Shown here: positions 1 to 11,495 of the stretch, piece by piece
How the letters are laid out: each line of letters starts with the position of its first letter
How positions within the stretch are numbered: position 1 is the first letter of the stretch
Assembly (NCBI RefSeq): GCF_964204645.1
Contig: NC_134025.1
Span: 23,974,299 to 24,038,298, forward strand
Direction: 5' to 3'
From: Tubulanus polymorphus
Taxonomy: Eukaryota > Animalia > Nemertea
DNA length: 64,000 bases
Notes under the pieces: generated by a model
The model's database searches: none
Told to the model about the DNA's origin: nothing
The model's input: the letters and a program-made list of their open reading frames with translations, nothing else
Translations under genes and position numbers: made by a program

Positions 1-91
1 CCATAACCTTTAGAAAACAGTCATCAGAATGACAATTTTTTGTTCTCAGAAAACTCATCAATTAATACAACACATGTAAGCTAGACCTCAC

Positions 92-3000
92 CAGACCAGA
101 AAAATCTAGAGAATGACCACCATTACTATACAGCACAATGTCCAATGCTTGAATCTTTCCCATTTTAGTGAATGCAACCTAAAAATATGAACTACGGTAA
201 TCTATTCTAGTATTATTGTGTCAAAAAGGTCTAATCTTGAGTCTTTTTCACTGGGTCATTAATGCATTGATGAACTGTAGTAAATATAATCTGTACCTTA
301 TACTTTCCTAAAAACGGATGACGTCTGCCAGTAATTCTTAAATCTTCAACTCTTTCCAGCGAACTACGCACAGGACATTGTAATCTGTTGAGAAAACATC
401 GAAATTGTTTACCCTGTATCAAATTTCAATTTGGATGCCTTGAAACACATGATAAGTAAGCAAATGTACTAAATTTAGTAGGTGCATTTACGATACACTT
501 ACTTATTAGCTGCAACCGCTGCAGTTAAACAAACAAGCGCATCTCTCGTTTGCTTGCCTCCAAAACCTCCGCCTGAAAAACATATTGGCAAATGCATTTT
601 TCAAAGAAATACAAAGGCTTACTGGTACTGATATCCAGTTATTATCAACTGATAATTCGTTTGTGACTGACCTATTCGTTTGTGTTTTACAGCAACTTTG
701 TTTGACATCAAACCCAAAGCATGACAGATATCAGCCTGAAGTATTGCACAGTACATAGATTATAGTTCCATAACTACTTTTGAAGACAAGTTATATACTA
801 TATTCACTTCGGATAGAACTGGAATATATAGTATAACAACAATGGATAAAATGTCACCAAACCTGTGCACGGCGTAAGTCTTGAGTTGTCGTATAGATAA
901 TCATTTCATCGTTTTCTTTCACTGGCACAGCAACTGTGGCATTCGTTTCCATGTAGAAATGTTCTTGACTACCAGTGTGAAGTTCTCCTTCAACGATATG
1001 ATCTGCATCGGCAAATGCTGCATCAACATCTCCTCTGTTCACTTTGATAACTGGATCAAAGAATGAATCAGCTTCAATAGCGTCCTGTAGAGAACAAGAG
1101 AAGTTATTATTAAGTTTAGAAACAGGTACATTAATTCATGTAATTGCATTTAACCGGGACATTTAATGTCTCTGAACAAGTTTGTCCATATTACAAACAT
1201 ACCTGAATGGTAATTATTGGTTTTAGCACTTCATATTCCACTTTTACTAACTTTGCAGCTTTTCGTGCAATATCCCTATTTTCAGCAGCCACGGCACCGA
1301 TAATTTGTCCGCAACAAGTTACAAGCTTTGTAGCAAAGAGTTCCTCATCTTTGACAAGAGGGCCAAAATAATTTGATGAAGGAACATCGTTGTGATCAAT
1401 GTATGAAACCACACCATCAACTTTGAGTGCCTCAGATGGATCTACACTGACTATTTTTGCACGGGCATGTTTACTATACACATAGGCGATGAATAATTCA
1501 TCTGGAGGAAAAATTCAATTAAACATTTCAAATGCGAATTTAACTGGCAATGAATAACAATGTATGTGCAGATTAGTCCTTACTACTGTATGTAGGAATA
1601 TCGTCAATGTATATGGTCTCCCCAGTCGCATGGCAAGGATTCATAATTTGTGGTAGGGGTTTTCCAATTGTGTCATGCGCGGGCACATCAACTTTTTCAA
1701 ATACTTGACTCGCTTTCAATGGTTCAAACGGCAGGTCGTATACTGCACTTGCTAAACTGCTTGATTCCTGTATAAATAGATGATCAAAAAGATCTTAGTA
1801 TAAAATGTCCCTATTGATGTTAATGTACAATCAGACTTCATTGACTTCAATAACTAACCATGTTCTTATTGATTTTCATCTGCATAGATAGATAGAATTT
1901 AAAGAAGAATCCGAGTATAAGCGAACGACGATATTGAACGGCTCCACCAGTATTATCTGTACATGGTTTAATCTCATCAGTCAAGATTTTACTCAAACTC
2001 GACACAACTGAGTCACACAACTGCCTAAAATCATCAAAATATCAATCAAAACAATTATCATATGCAGGTAATATAAACAGAAATGTTATTTACTAAATTC
2101 TATCTAGTGATAAATCTATGCTTAGACTTACTTTCCTACAGCCTCTTTCATAGTTTCACTGGCCAATTTGATTCTTCCATCTAAACCACTAGATATTATA
2201 CAGAGTTCCTGAATAATACTGGTATCTTTCTCCAGAACCATGCGAAAAACTGATGCCACTTGCACGGAGTTTGATGTGTAGACTTCAAGAAACTCATTCT
2301 GAAAAAATAAAAACGGTACTGGATGGATATGGTTTAGGAATAAGGAATCTTTTTAAATCAAGATAATTTTTGATAGTTATATCTCATACCTTAGTAACTG
2401 TATCTGTATAAAAAAATTGTAAGATTCAACGTTCTATGCATTTGCCTTTACCTCATTTCCGTGTGGAATGAATATCGATTTAATGATTTCCTTTTGTTTC
2501 AGCACAGAATTTTCCTTAGACAAAATTTTCTCATCAAATGGAACCTGCCTTATTCCCCCTATAACAAAAAATATAATGCAGATAAATAGAAGTCCATATC
2601 AAGGCCGACTATTGTTTTCGACATTATTCATTTACAACTTTCCTTCACACAATACATACCTGATGAAACAACTGTCATTGTGCAGCCACATGCCACAAGA
2701 ATAGGAATCAATTCCGATTTATTTCTACATGAGATTATGTGACCACCAATAGTCTATAAAAGTGTGAAACAGTTAGTGCAGAAGCGAACTTCTCAATACA
2801 TTATCATGTTCCCATACTGAGGTACTGGCAACTTGGTTTAAAATTGCAAGCGCTACTCACCGTGACATTTCTCATTTGTTGATTTACAGAACCCAGCATC
2901 TTCTGTATAGCAATAAACGACTGTTTTCCCTCTACAAAAGAAAAGACAGTTACTCAAAACTAAAAGTATTTACCATCATTTTATCATAACTCTAAAAAAG

Positions 3001-5433
3001 TGCATACAACTGTATGTACCTGGAGACTTGTCGATAGAGGATGAAAGAGCTGTAGAAAGCATTCCCAGTGAACACGCTGCTCCTATGTGCATACCACCAT
3101 CAGTAAACATAAATCCACATAAATCTTGTATGTGCGATAGGGTTACAAGTTGAATGACTGACTTGTTAGGGTAGATCTTATTCTTTCCTATAGAAAATAC
3201 AAAATTTTTTCAACTGCTTTCTACTAAGTGAAATTGTGTACAATTTGCACCTAGAGCCATCGTTCTTATCGCAGGTGGTTCACTATATACCGGTACACCC
3301 TAGACTTGAAAAAAATGGAAGACAGTACAAATACATACTGATATAAAGCCCCCCTCCAATGACTGAAGCATCCGGAAACATGTCTTTGATTTTGAAGAGT
3401 TCACTCAGTGATGTTGGCCTGTACCAGTCAATCTGTTTTCCTTTACAGTGAAAAAGATCTCGCTCAAGAACATCAGATAACTGTAAAATCAAGTAACATA
3501 GCTAGGCATCATATCATATCCATTTCAGTCAAGGAGACGTTCATCAGAAACTTCCAAGCCCCACATATCACTTCAACATCCTTGATGACACTGTACCTGA
3601 AGCTCATTTGGGAATATAAGTTCTTGGTCTGGATTATACGGTTGCAGTGTACCTTCTGTTAAGTTAGTTGCCATCTGAAATGAATACCGGTACGTCCCAT
3701 TGAAAGTCTCAAATCAGAATCCATTATACTTGTTGTTGTCATTTATGATGAATGAAATTTCACAGCTTACCTCATCGTTTACAGTTTTATTTTTACAGCA
3801 CTGGTCACCCATCCCACAATCGAAATCCTAGAAAAATATGTGTGATGAAAATTTCAGGAAGTGTATGAAATACACATGAAAAGTGTAATTAAATTTCATG
3901 TAATTTTAAATTTCATGTAATTTCAAAATATTCACACCTTATCAGCAAAAGTGGCAAATCCTTGGTAGATAGGTCTGTATCCAGTACAACGACACAGATT
4001 TCCTTGCATTGCATTTTCTATCTCAGAGATGGAAGGATTTGGATTATTCCTGAGTAATGTATACATTGACATAACCATACCAGGAGTACAGAATCCACAT
4101 TGACTGCCATGGTATTTGGCTATGCGTTCCTGCAGCAAAAGACCGTAACAAATCAAGCAGCCTGATATCATTTCATCAAGAAATTATATCATTACGAAAT
4201 TCCTAGTTAAACATACCTGTATTGGATGGAGTTTTTTACGGTTACCAACTCCTTCCACCGTAGTAACTGCCATCCCATGCACTGAACCAATGAAAACTAC
4301 ACATGCTGGGACGGCTGAATGACTGAATATTTCATAAGAATTCAAATCATATTTGTTGTTTAATTGGAGTAGAGTAGTTCACTGGTCGAATTTAAGATAA
4401 CCATTTATGAATATTCTAAGTAACACAGGATGTTAATATCTACAAATTTCCATAAAAAACAAAACCTCAGAGAAAGGATACACAATTTTCTTTTGATGTC
4501 GATCATATTTGGATACCATCACAGTACAGGCACCACATCCTGCTTGTCCACAAGCGAGTTTTGCCCCGGTCAGTAATACTGGATTTTATAGTCAAGGATT
4601 CAAATGATAGCAAATAATTGAAATAAATGAGACACAAACAAAGTTATCAGCAGAAATTTTATCCTCGAAGTATGTAAATATCTATGACTAAAGTTGTCGT
4701 GATATAGGACTTCGCAATTTCGCGAAAAGGTATATTCTTGTTTAGTTATCGGAATGATGAATGTCTGATTTGGGAAATTCATTCTTTTCTGATTTGAAAT
4801 AGATTTTAGATTTATAACAATTTTATAATTCATATATATAACACGCAACGTTGCGAAATGAACTGCTAAAGTGACAGGCATTCCATGAATTTCATGATGG
4901 GATGAATTATATGTAAAACTTTAATACTATCTCATCGTTTTTTTAGGGTCATGACCTAAAGGTTATTAAATTTGTGCCAAACTGGTTCTATACTAGTTGT
5001 ATACCGTTTACGCCCATAACCATAAAAATGTTGAAAAATGCATGTTTATACAAAAGCATAATGCTTATGATTTTTCTGGGTATATCAAGAATATATCAAT
5101 AGCTATAGCGTTAAAATGATTTCCAAATGAAATGGAATTTCATCCTGTGTATGATAGAATTATCATTGCAAATGCAATTTTTCGCCTAAAAGCTTTTCGT
5201 TTTCTCATGAAAGTTAATTCAATTTTAGAAAGGATACAATTATTTCTCAGGTACTGCAACAATGTCCATTCAGGGTCAACATCCTTTTCAGTTATCTATT
5301 GATGTAATCAAAATTCCCGATTGATTTGCAAAGATTATATATCCATAATGAAAAATTACTACTATATATATACCGGTACCTTTTTGCCATTGACAAAAAA
5401 CACCAACTTTTGGGTAGCATCAAGAGCAGCCAT
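92..5433 (-). CDS. Xanthine dehydrogenase/aldehyde oxidase family molybdo-flavoenzyme, multi-exon, 5' half only (continues past left edge)
   Basis: Spliced translation [60 protein letters not shown] (Fe-S cluster), [17 protein letters not shown]...[12 protein letters not shown] (second Fe-S cluster), Moco-domain motifs [26 protein letters not shown]; GT-AG boundaries with consistent phases. Exons 1-3: 5380-5433, 5238-5295, 4482-4578. Confidence 0.93.
4323..4481 (-). other. U12-type GT-AG intron, intron 3 of XDH/AOX-like gene
   Basis: Donor GTATCCTTTC; degenerate branch-point-like TTCTTATGA just upstream of the CAG acceptor. Confidence 0.75.
4579..5237 (-). other. U12-type (minor spliceosome) GT-AG intron, intron 2 of XDH/AOX-like gene
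   Basis: Donor GTATCCTTTC; branch point TCCTTGAC (4591-4598) about 14 nt from the CAG acceptor; no long pyrimidine tract. Confidence 0.9.
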
Positions 5434-7036
5434 CTTCAAGAATATGACTTCTGACTCCTAAAAACCTACAATTCTGAATTCTGTTATCATGTCCTCTGTA
5501 CATGGTTTTACTTAAAATTATGCACTACATGTATATGCTTACTATATTCCAGTGTATCAAGAGATAATTATGCTGTATTACCGCAGCAGCAGTCGCTATA
5601 GAAAAGAGATCATGATCATTTTAAGAGAGACGGACATGAAAATAGGCAAAGTATGTACATCAAATTTAGCTGATTGTCAGCCTCCTCTGCCCAAGTAAGA
5701 AATCTTGAGCATTATGGATTATGAGGCAATTTTTGGTTCTAAATGCGCGATACGTGCTTGGTTTTACAGATTATACAATAATCGAGTGGGATGTTACTAT
5801 AGTATAGAATGAAAATGAGAGTTATATAAACCGTACTCACCACTAATGTTTTATTACTAGGTATCTAATCAATCACCATTAGTCCTGGGCAAGTGAACTC
5901 TTAATCCTTTTCGTACAATACTCGAAGCTCAAATAGTTCACATTATTGCAAACCTGTGCGCATTGTCAACTGGCAGCTCAAAGTCTGCTATATAAAGCTA
6001 TTCATTAAAAGCAGACATTCTGCGAATCAATGGTGAACAGTGTGCGACAACATATAGCCACCATAAGCCAAGCTTTAGGGCAATAGATAATTCGGTCATT
6101 ATAACTGAGTTTGTTATTATATCTCATAAGAAATAAGCAAATTTCTAACTTGAATCAATCATTTTTGTTTGATAGAACTAAACCGACAAAAAAATCCTTG
6201 TATCCGAATCGTCATAATGAGGTTCCACTCTTCTAAGAAAACTATCGACCTTTATCATAGTGGTAGATATCATAATCATATAGGCGTTGCCAGCAGGGTG
6301 TGGAAACTCCTCCTTTCATGAATTGAAGTTCCAGCTTCGCTTGTAGTGAATTCATTTCCTTAAGATTTGTTGAGGTGGTAAATAATGATAATTCTACGGT
6401 AAAATGAGAACCCCTTCAGCACAGAGTAAAGCTGGTCTATGCAAATCGCCCCCCCCCCCCCCTTAGGAAATGCTCATGAGAATGGCTTCTTTCCTTCAAA
6501 TTAGAAACAAGAAGCAACCGACTGGAAGCAGGGGTGCACTTAGAGGGGGTTTTCTGACCTTTTTTTGCAGATATTCGCCCTTTTGAAAATCACTAGGTGA
6601 AAAATTGCACCTGACGTTAATCTATGACGAAAGTCCACGGTACTGCTTAAAGCAGTAATATGCAATAAAATGGCATAAACATGTACCTAAATATTAAAAT
6701 TTGTTCTCGCCCAGACTCCCCCAAAAGCTTCAATGTTTGCTAACATGCCTGCCACAACCTTAAGTTGTGAAATGAACCCCCCATTCTCCCAGCCTGGATC
6801 CATCCCGGTAGAAGGTGGAGAATCTCAATCAAAAACAAAACAGTTTTTCATATGATCATACATGTAATATACATACATATAATTTTATTAACGAAGATTA
6901 ATCACTATAATACAAAACATGTTAAATAATAAATTCATTTAGTTTCTCATCCAGACTTAAGAACAATGAGTAAGATATTTTTGACTAGCAGCTTGATGTA
7001 TGGCCATTCACAAAGATCAATTTATCGGTTCAACGT

Positions 7037-10000
7037 TCATCGATTAGTAAACTGAGATGAAACCCATGCCAGACCCCATTTCAAATTCGTCAGCACAAAT
7101 TTCAACGCTTTAGTCCACTGTTCCTCGGAATTGAATTGAATCCTGAAATGACGAAAACATATTTTGACATTCCCGCATTTTATTTTTGATGAAAATGTAC
7201 CTATTTAGGCAATAAAATCAACAGTAATAGAAATAGAAACAATCGAGATGATGACAGGGCTCCAACAGATCAGTCAATCATAGATATAAGGAGTTTTTAA
7301 GGAGTTTTAAAGGAGAAAATGTCAATTTTTGAGGAAGCATCTGCATCACTTTCAAATCCCAATTACAGTCTCTTTCGAAATCTGTACTAAAAAAGTAGAT
7401 ACCTTGCTTCTCATCTCGGCTGTGCTTAAAAGTTGACCCGGACAGCTGCCTGTATACATTACTTTTTTAAAATCATGATCGAGCTAACAATAACAGACCT
7501 GGCAGCTATTGAAATGAACTGATAACAAATTTCATCGAAGTTTACAAAGTGACCTGGCCGATTAGGAGAAACGAGGTATCATTTTATTTTAGCCTTATCA
7601 TGATAAACCATTATTTCGGTTTTGTATGCAAATTCCTATCATTTCTTATTCGGTAACTGCCTAATTTGGTAACAAATCCTGGTCCTAGCTGTATCAATTA
7701 AGGCTTACCGGTAAGTCTATTTACTTCACAGCTTCTAAAATTTCTAATTGGCTATTTATAAAAAGTTTTGAAGGAGTTTTAAAGGAGTTTCAAGCACCTT
7801 TGAAAATAGTTTTCTGGTATTATGCTCAAAGTAATCGAGTTTCAAGCACCATTAAGAGCAGTTTCAAGCACCTTTAGAAGGAGGAGGGACCCTGAATGAG
7901 CACTATCCACCTACTTTATGGAATATGAAGTACCAGTACTGGGATCTTCAATTCGTCCTTTCTCCATTTTATACGGCAAACAAAATCCGGAGTCTCCTTT
8001 TTCAACTTCTTCTTTAAACTGATAAGGGAAAATAATGATTTATTGTTAATGAACTATTCAAAATACTTTAATCGCTTCTATAATTACTGGTCACCGGTAC
8101 AGTGATAATTAGGAAGAATTTCCTCATTAGAATACACACCTGTTGCAAGCAATCCAAGAATGCAACCATCGCTTGATCAAATCTGAAAGATCAATTCCAT
8201 ACTCTTATAAATCAGGTGGGAATTAATTTTATTTTTGATATTGCCATCTCTGAAATTAAAAACTTACTTAGTATCCCAAAAAAATCTTATTCCTCCAGAT
8301 CCATACAGCGGAAGCTCTTTTGATTTATCAGTCAGGGATTCAAGAAATGAATGGCTACCATAAGGCACTAGTCTATACCTAAATAAACAAAGTATTATTC
8401 TTTATACACCAACAAAAATATAACAAAAAAACATTGCTAGCCACTAGTCTCTCGATCTATGTTCCCGTCTGACTTAAAACATTTTTTTACTGTTGCATAC
8501 CTCTGAAATGTTAAGTTCATTTTCTTTGCTAGTGAGTGCAACAATAACACAGTCTGTCCCCAAGCAGCATTGATTTCATTCCAGTCAACCTACATCATAT
8601 GAAAATAAAATATCAGAAAAACCTATACCCGGTTTTTTGATTATTGAATAAAGATGATTGGAATGAACATTTACTGGATTATTCGGCAGTCGACCGAGTC
8701 GGAAATTATTGATTGTTCCAAAGTGACCACTGTGCCTAAAAGATCAATTAGATGATTGAAATTAGCTCTTATGCGAAAACACCTGTTGCAAAATGATAAA
8801 TTGTCATAAGCATAGGTTCAATGGTATGTAGAAATACTTACCAAATATGGAATGTTGCATTGAACACATTAGTTTTCTTCAGTTTATCAAGTTGAGCCTG
8901 GGCGTACTTTAACTGGTTATCAACACTGTAATATCATATAAATAGGTAGATGTTGTATATTGTCACTGCTTGAAATTGAAACAATTCATAAAAGGATATT
9001 GTACGTACCTTCTCTGACTGTCCTCGTGCTCAAGCAGTTGTCTTTTATATTCATTATATTCCTTCCAATAACTATAAAAGAAACATTGACCAGTTCACAG
9101 AACAATAATTCTTTAATAACCAAATTTGAATAACTGAATTTAGTCACCAAAGTAACTTTGGTGGAATTCAATCTGTCATTGGAATACCTCGCTTCATCCT
9201 CATCAAGTTTCCGAGCCTCCTCTTTCTCCTGTCTCAACTGATCGGCGAGATGTTGCCGTTCTGATTCAATGCTTTGAAGTTGTTCCAACAATGCCGACTC
9301 TTCAGCACGTAACTATAAAATAAATTAATTAATGATGTTCTTTATAGAGACAACAGAGAAAATCAACAAGTGGATGTGTTAAAATACCTGTCCGAGTTCA
9401 GAATCAAGCGCTTTCTCATCGACAGTTATTTCGCTGCTCTCACCTAGTTTCTCTAGAAAATCTCTGAAATAGCATTCAATACTTCCTATAAGTGTCAAAA
9501 CAAACTACTCATGATGTCTGAATGTTCAGAACAAGCATAACCTACCTGTAATCTTTGCCCTCTTCTTCAGTTATCATCAATTGTTGATCAAGTTGCTCAA
9601 GAAGATTATCAGTGCACTCCTATGAAACAAGAACAGAAGAGTCAAATATTCTAAGGAAGTAATGACATATCAGAATGGCATTGAGCAGCAAACGCTGGTA
9701 TACACTGTATTCTACAATGTAATCATACCTCACACAGTGGATGATCTATTTCGGACTGTCCGGACATAATATCAAACAGATAACTGTTCACCTATGATGG
9801 AATGAGAATAAAAAATAGAATCGTGAAATTCACCATGTCTACTGAAGATGAAGCAAAACTGTAGGCTACATACCTTCAGTCTATGGCTCAAATTCTCCAT
9901 ATTACCAGAATCTGACTCTCCAAGCAATGTAAAATCATTGCCACTGTCAACCGATACTAATCTGCAAGATATTTTGATGCACGAATGTACACTACTTTTG

Positions 10001-10812
10001 CATATAATGCTATAAATCATTACATCTATCTCATAGCCTTGTTCATATGATTATAAAAGTCCAAACCCACCGAAGAGGTTTAATGATTTTTCTTGATACA
10101 TCATCACCACCAATAGCTTCAGACTGAAACAATCAAAACATACAAAAAACCATCCATGGATAGAACTTCATTGAAAAGATGAATGATGTTTGCTGTTTTC
10201 TATTCTGACTCAGTGAAAAAAAAATCGACGTACCGATGACGGTTCTTTGAAAATCATAAGAGGCTCCTCAGAATCCACTTGTGTTGTCAAAGGTGCTGAA
10301 AATTGATTTTTTGTATGGTCAACTACCGGTAAGTATAACGTAGACCTATCAAAATCATAGGATAGACCCGTTTTTCCACACCACTGACACCCTCTAGGAA
10401 TGGTGTAGCCTACTTAGGGTTGTGATGTGGGAACCTCGTGTCTGATCACCTCTTTAATCATATTGGTTTACAATGGAGGTTGCCAGATCTTTGAGTACCG
10501 CACTGTGGATGCATATTGTCCCATTTTTCAAAACAGATATGATTTAAATCGATTTATTAACACCGTGATGCAATCGTTGATGAGAAAAGTGACTGCAAAT
10601 CATGAGGAAAATGTTTCAAAAAATGTTTCATTCTGACAATATCTCTTAATGAATAAGCTTATTGTCCACTATTTACCTGTAAATTCATTGAAGACCTGTT
10701 TGTCAATGCTGTTGAACGAGTGATCTAGTTTAAGAGGCTGGTTACATCGCTGACAAGAGAAGCTGACCTGCGTGGAGCCAGCCTTTCCATTATCAGGTCG
10801 TGTATTAGCCAT
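7037..10812 (-). CDS. BECN1: Beclin 1 (Atg6/Vps30), complete multi-exon CDS
   Basis: Spliced motifs [34 protein letters not shown] (BH3 region), [19 protein letters not shown], coiled coil, [40 protein letters not shown]-terminal [27 protein letters not shown]. Confidence 0.96.
7255..7894. mobile_element. Non-autonomous TIR element in last BECN1 intron (CAGGG...CCCTG termini)
   Basis: Starts CAGGGCTCC, ends GGGACCCTG; flanks GATGA/AATGA (degenerate 5-bp TSD); internal repeats of AGTTTCAAGCACC, also present at about 20893. Confidence 0.55.
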
Positions 10813-11495
10813 ATTGGTCGACGACACTTGTCTACTGCTGTCGTGTAAACTAAAGCACAAATCAAATCACAATTAATGCCGGTATACAGGATGAAAGCAT
10901 TCTCATTTTAATTGTTAAAATCAATGAATTCTATGAATGTATTAGGTTTAGGTCTATCTCTAGGAGTTAGGGTTTCGATAGTTAGTTACCTAATCGTTGG
11001 TGGTAAGCTTTTTATAATCGGATGGGCTTATACCAAAACGGGCTTGTGGATGGGCTTGTCTTACTCGACTTAGTGGTTTGTGAAAATATCCGATCGTGAA
11101 ACTAACTCACAACCACAGGCTGCAGGTTACTGACTAATTAACTAATTTACCAACAAGTTGGGATAGACATTAGCATAACTCAATCAATTTTGGTAAAATG
11201 TACCTCTAACACTAGGACTCACAGGGCTCGGTTCTGTGTTGATGGTACTGCAAAATATTACTTGAATTTTAGGGCCGAATGTGGGTTTAAGTCGCGACGA
11301 CCTTGACGAACAGGTTTGAGTACAGTAATAAAATCCGGCTGCGACCACTGGAAAAATCCAGTTCCGTGTTTTAGCTTTAACTCGTTTCCGGGTTTACAAA
11401 TTTTGTGCATGTGTGTCTTAAAAGTATCGACTATTCCTGCACTTCGAAGGGCTGACATTCCTTGTTGATATTATATTCTATTCCTGCATAAGTCT

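Noticed and set aside
2390-2403. Apparent AG..GT micro-exon in an XDH/AOX intron
   Set aside because: 14 nt (or 8 nt) would frameshift; the flanking exons already join in phase 0.
7780-7875. Spaced AGTTTCAAGCACC direct repeats superficially like a CRISPR array
   Set aside because: Eukaryotic intron, irregular spacing, short units; internal repeats of a MITE.
11258-11458. 66-aa minus-strand ORF upstream of BECN1
   Set aside because: No homology recognised; lies in the promoter/5'UTR region of GUK1, probably a chance ORF.
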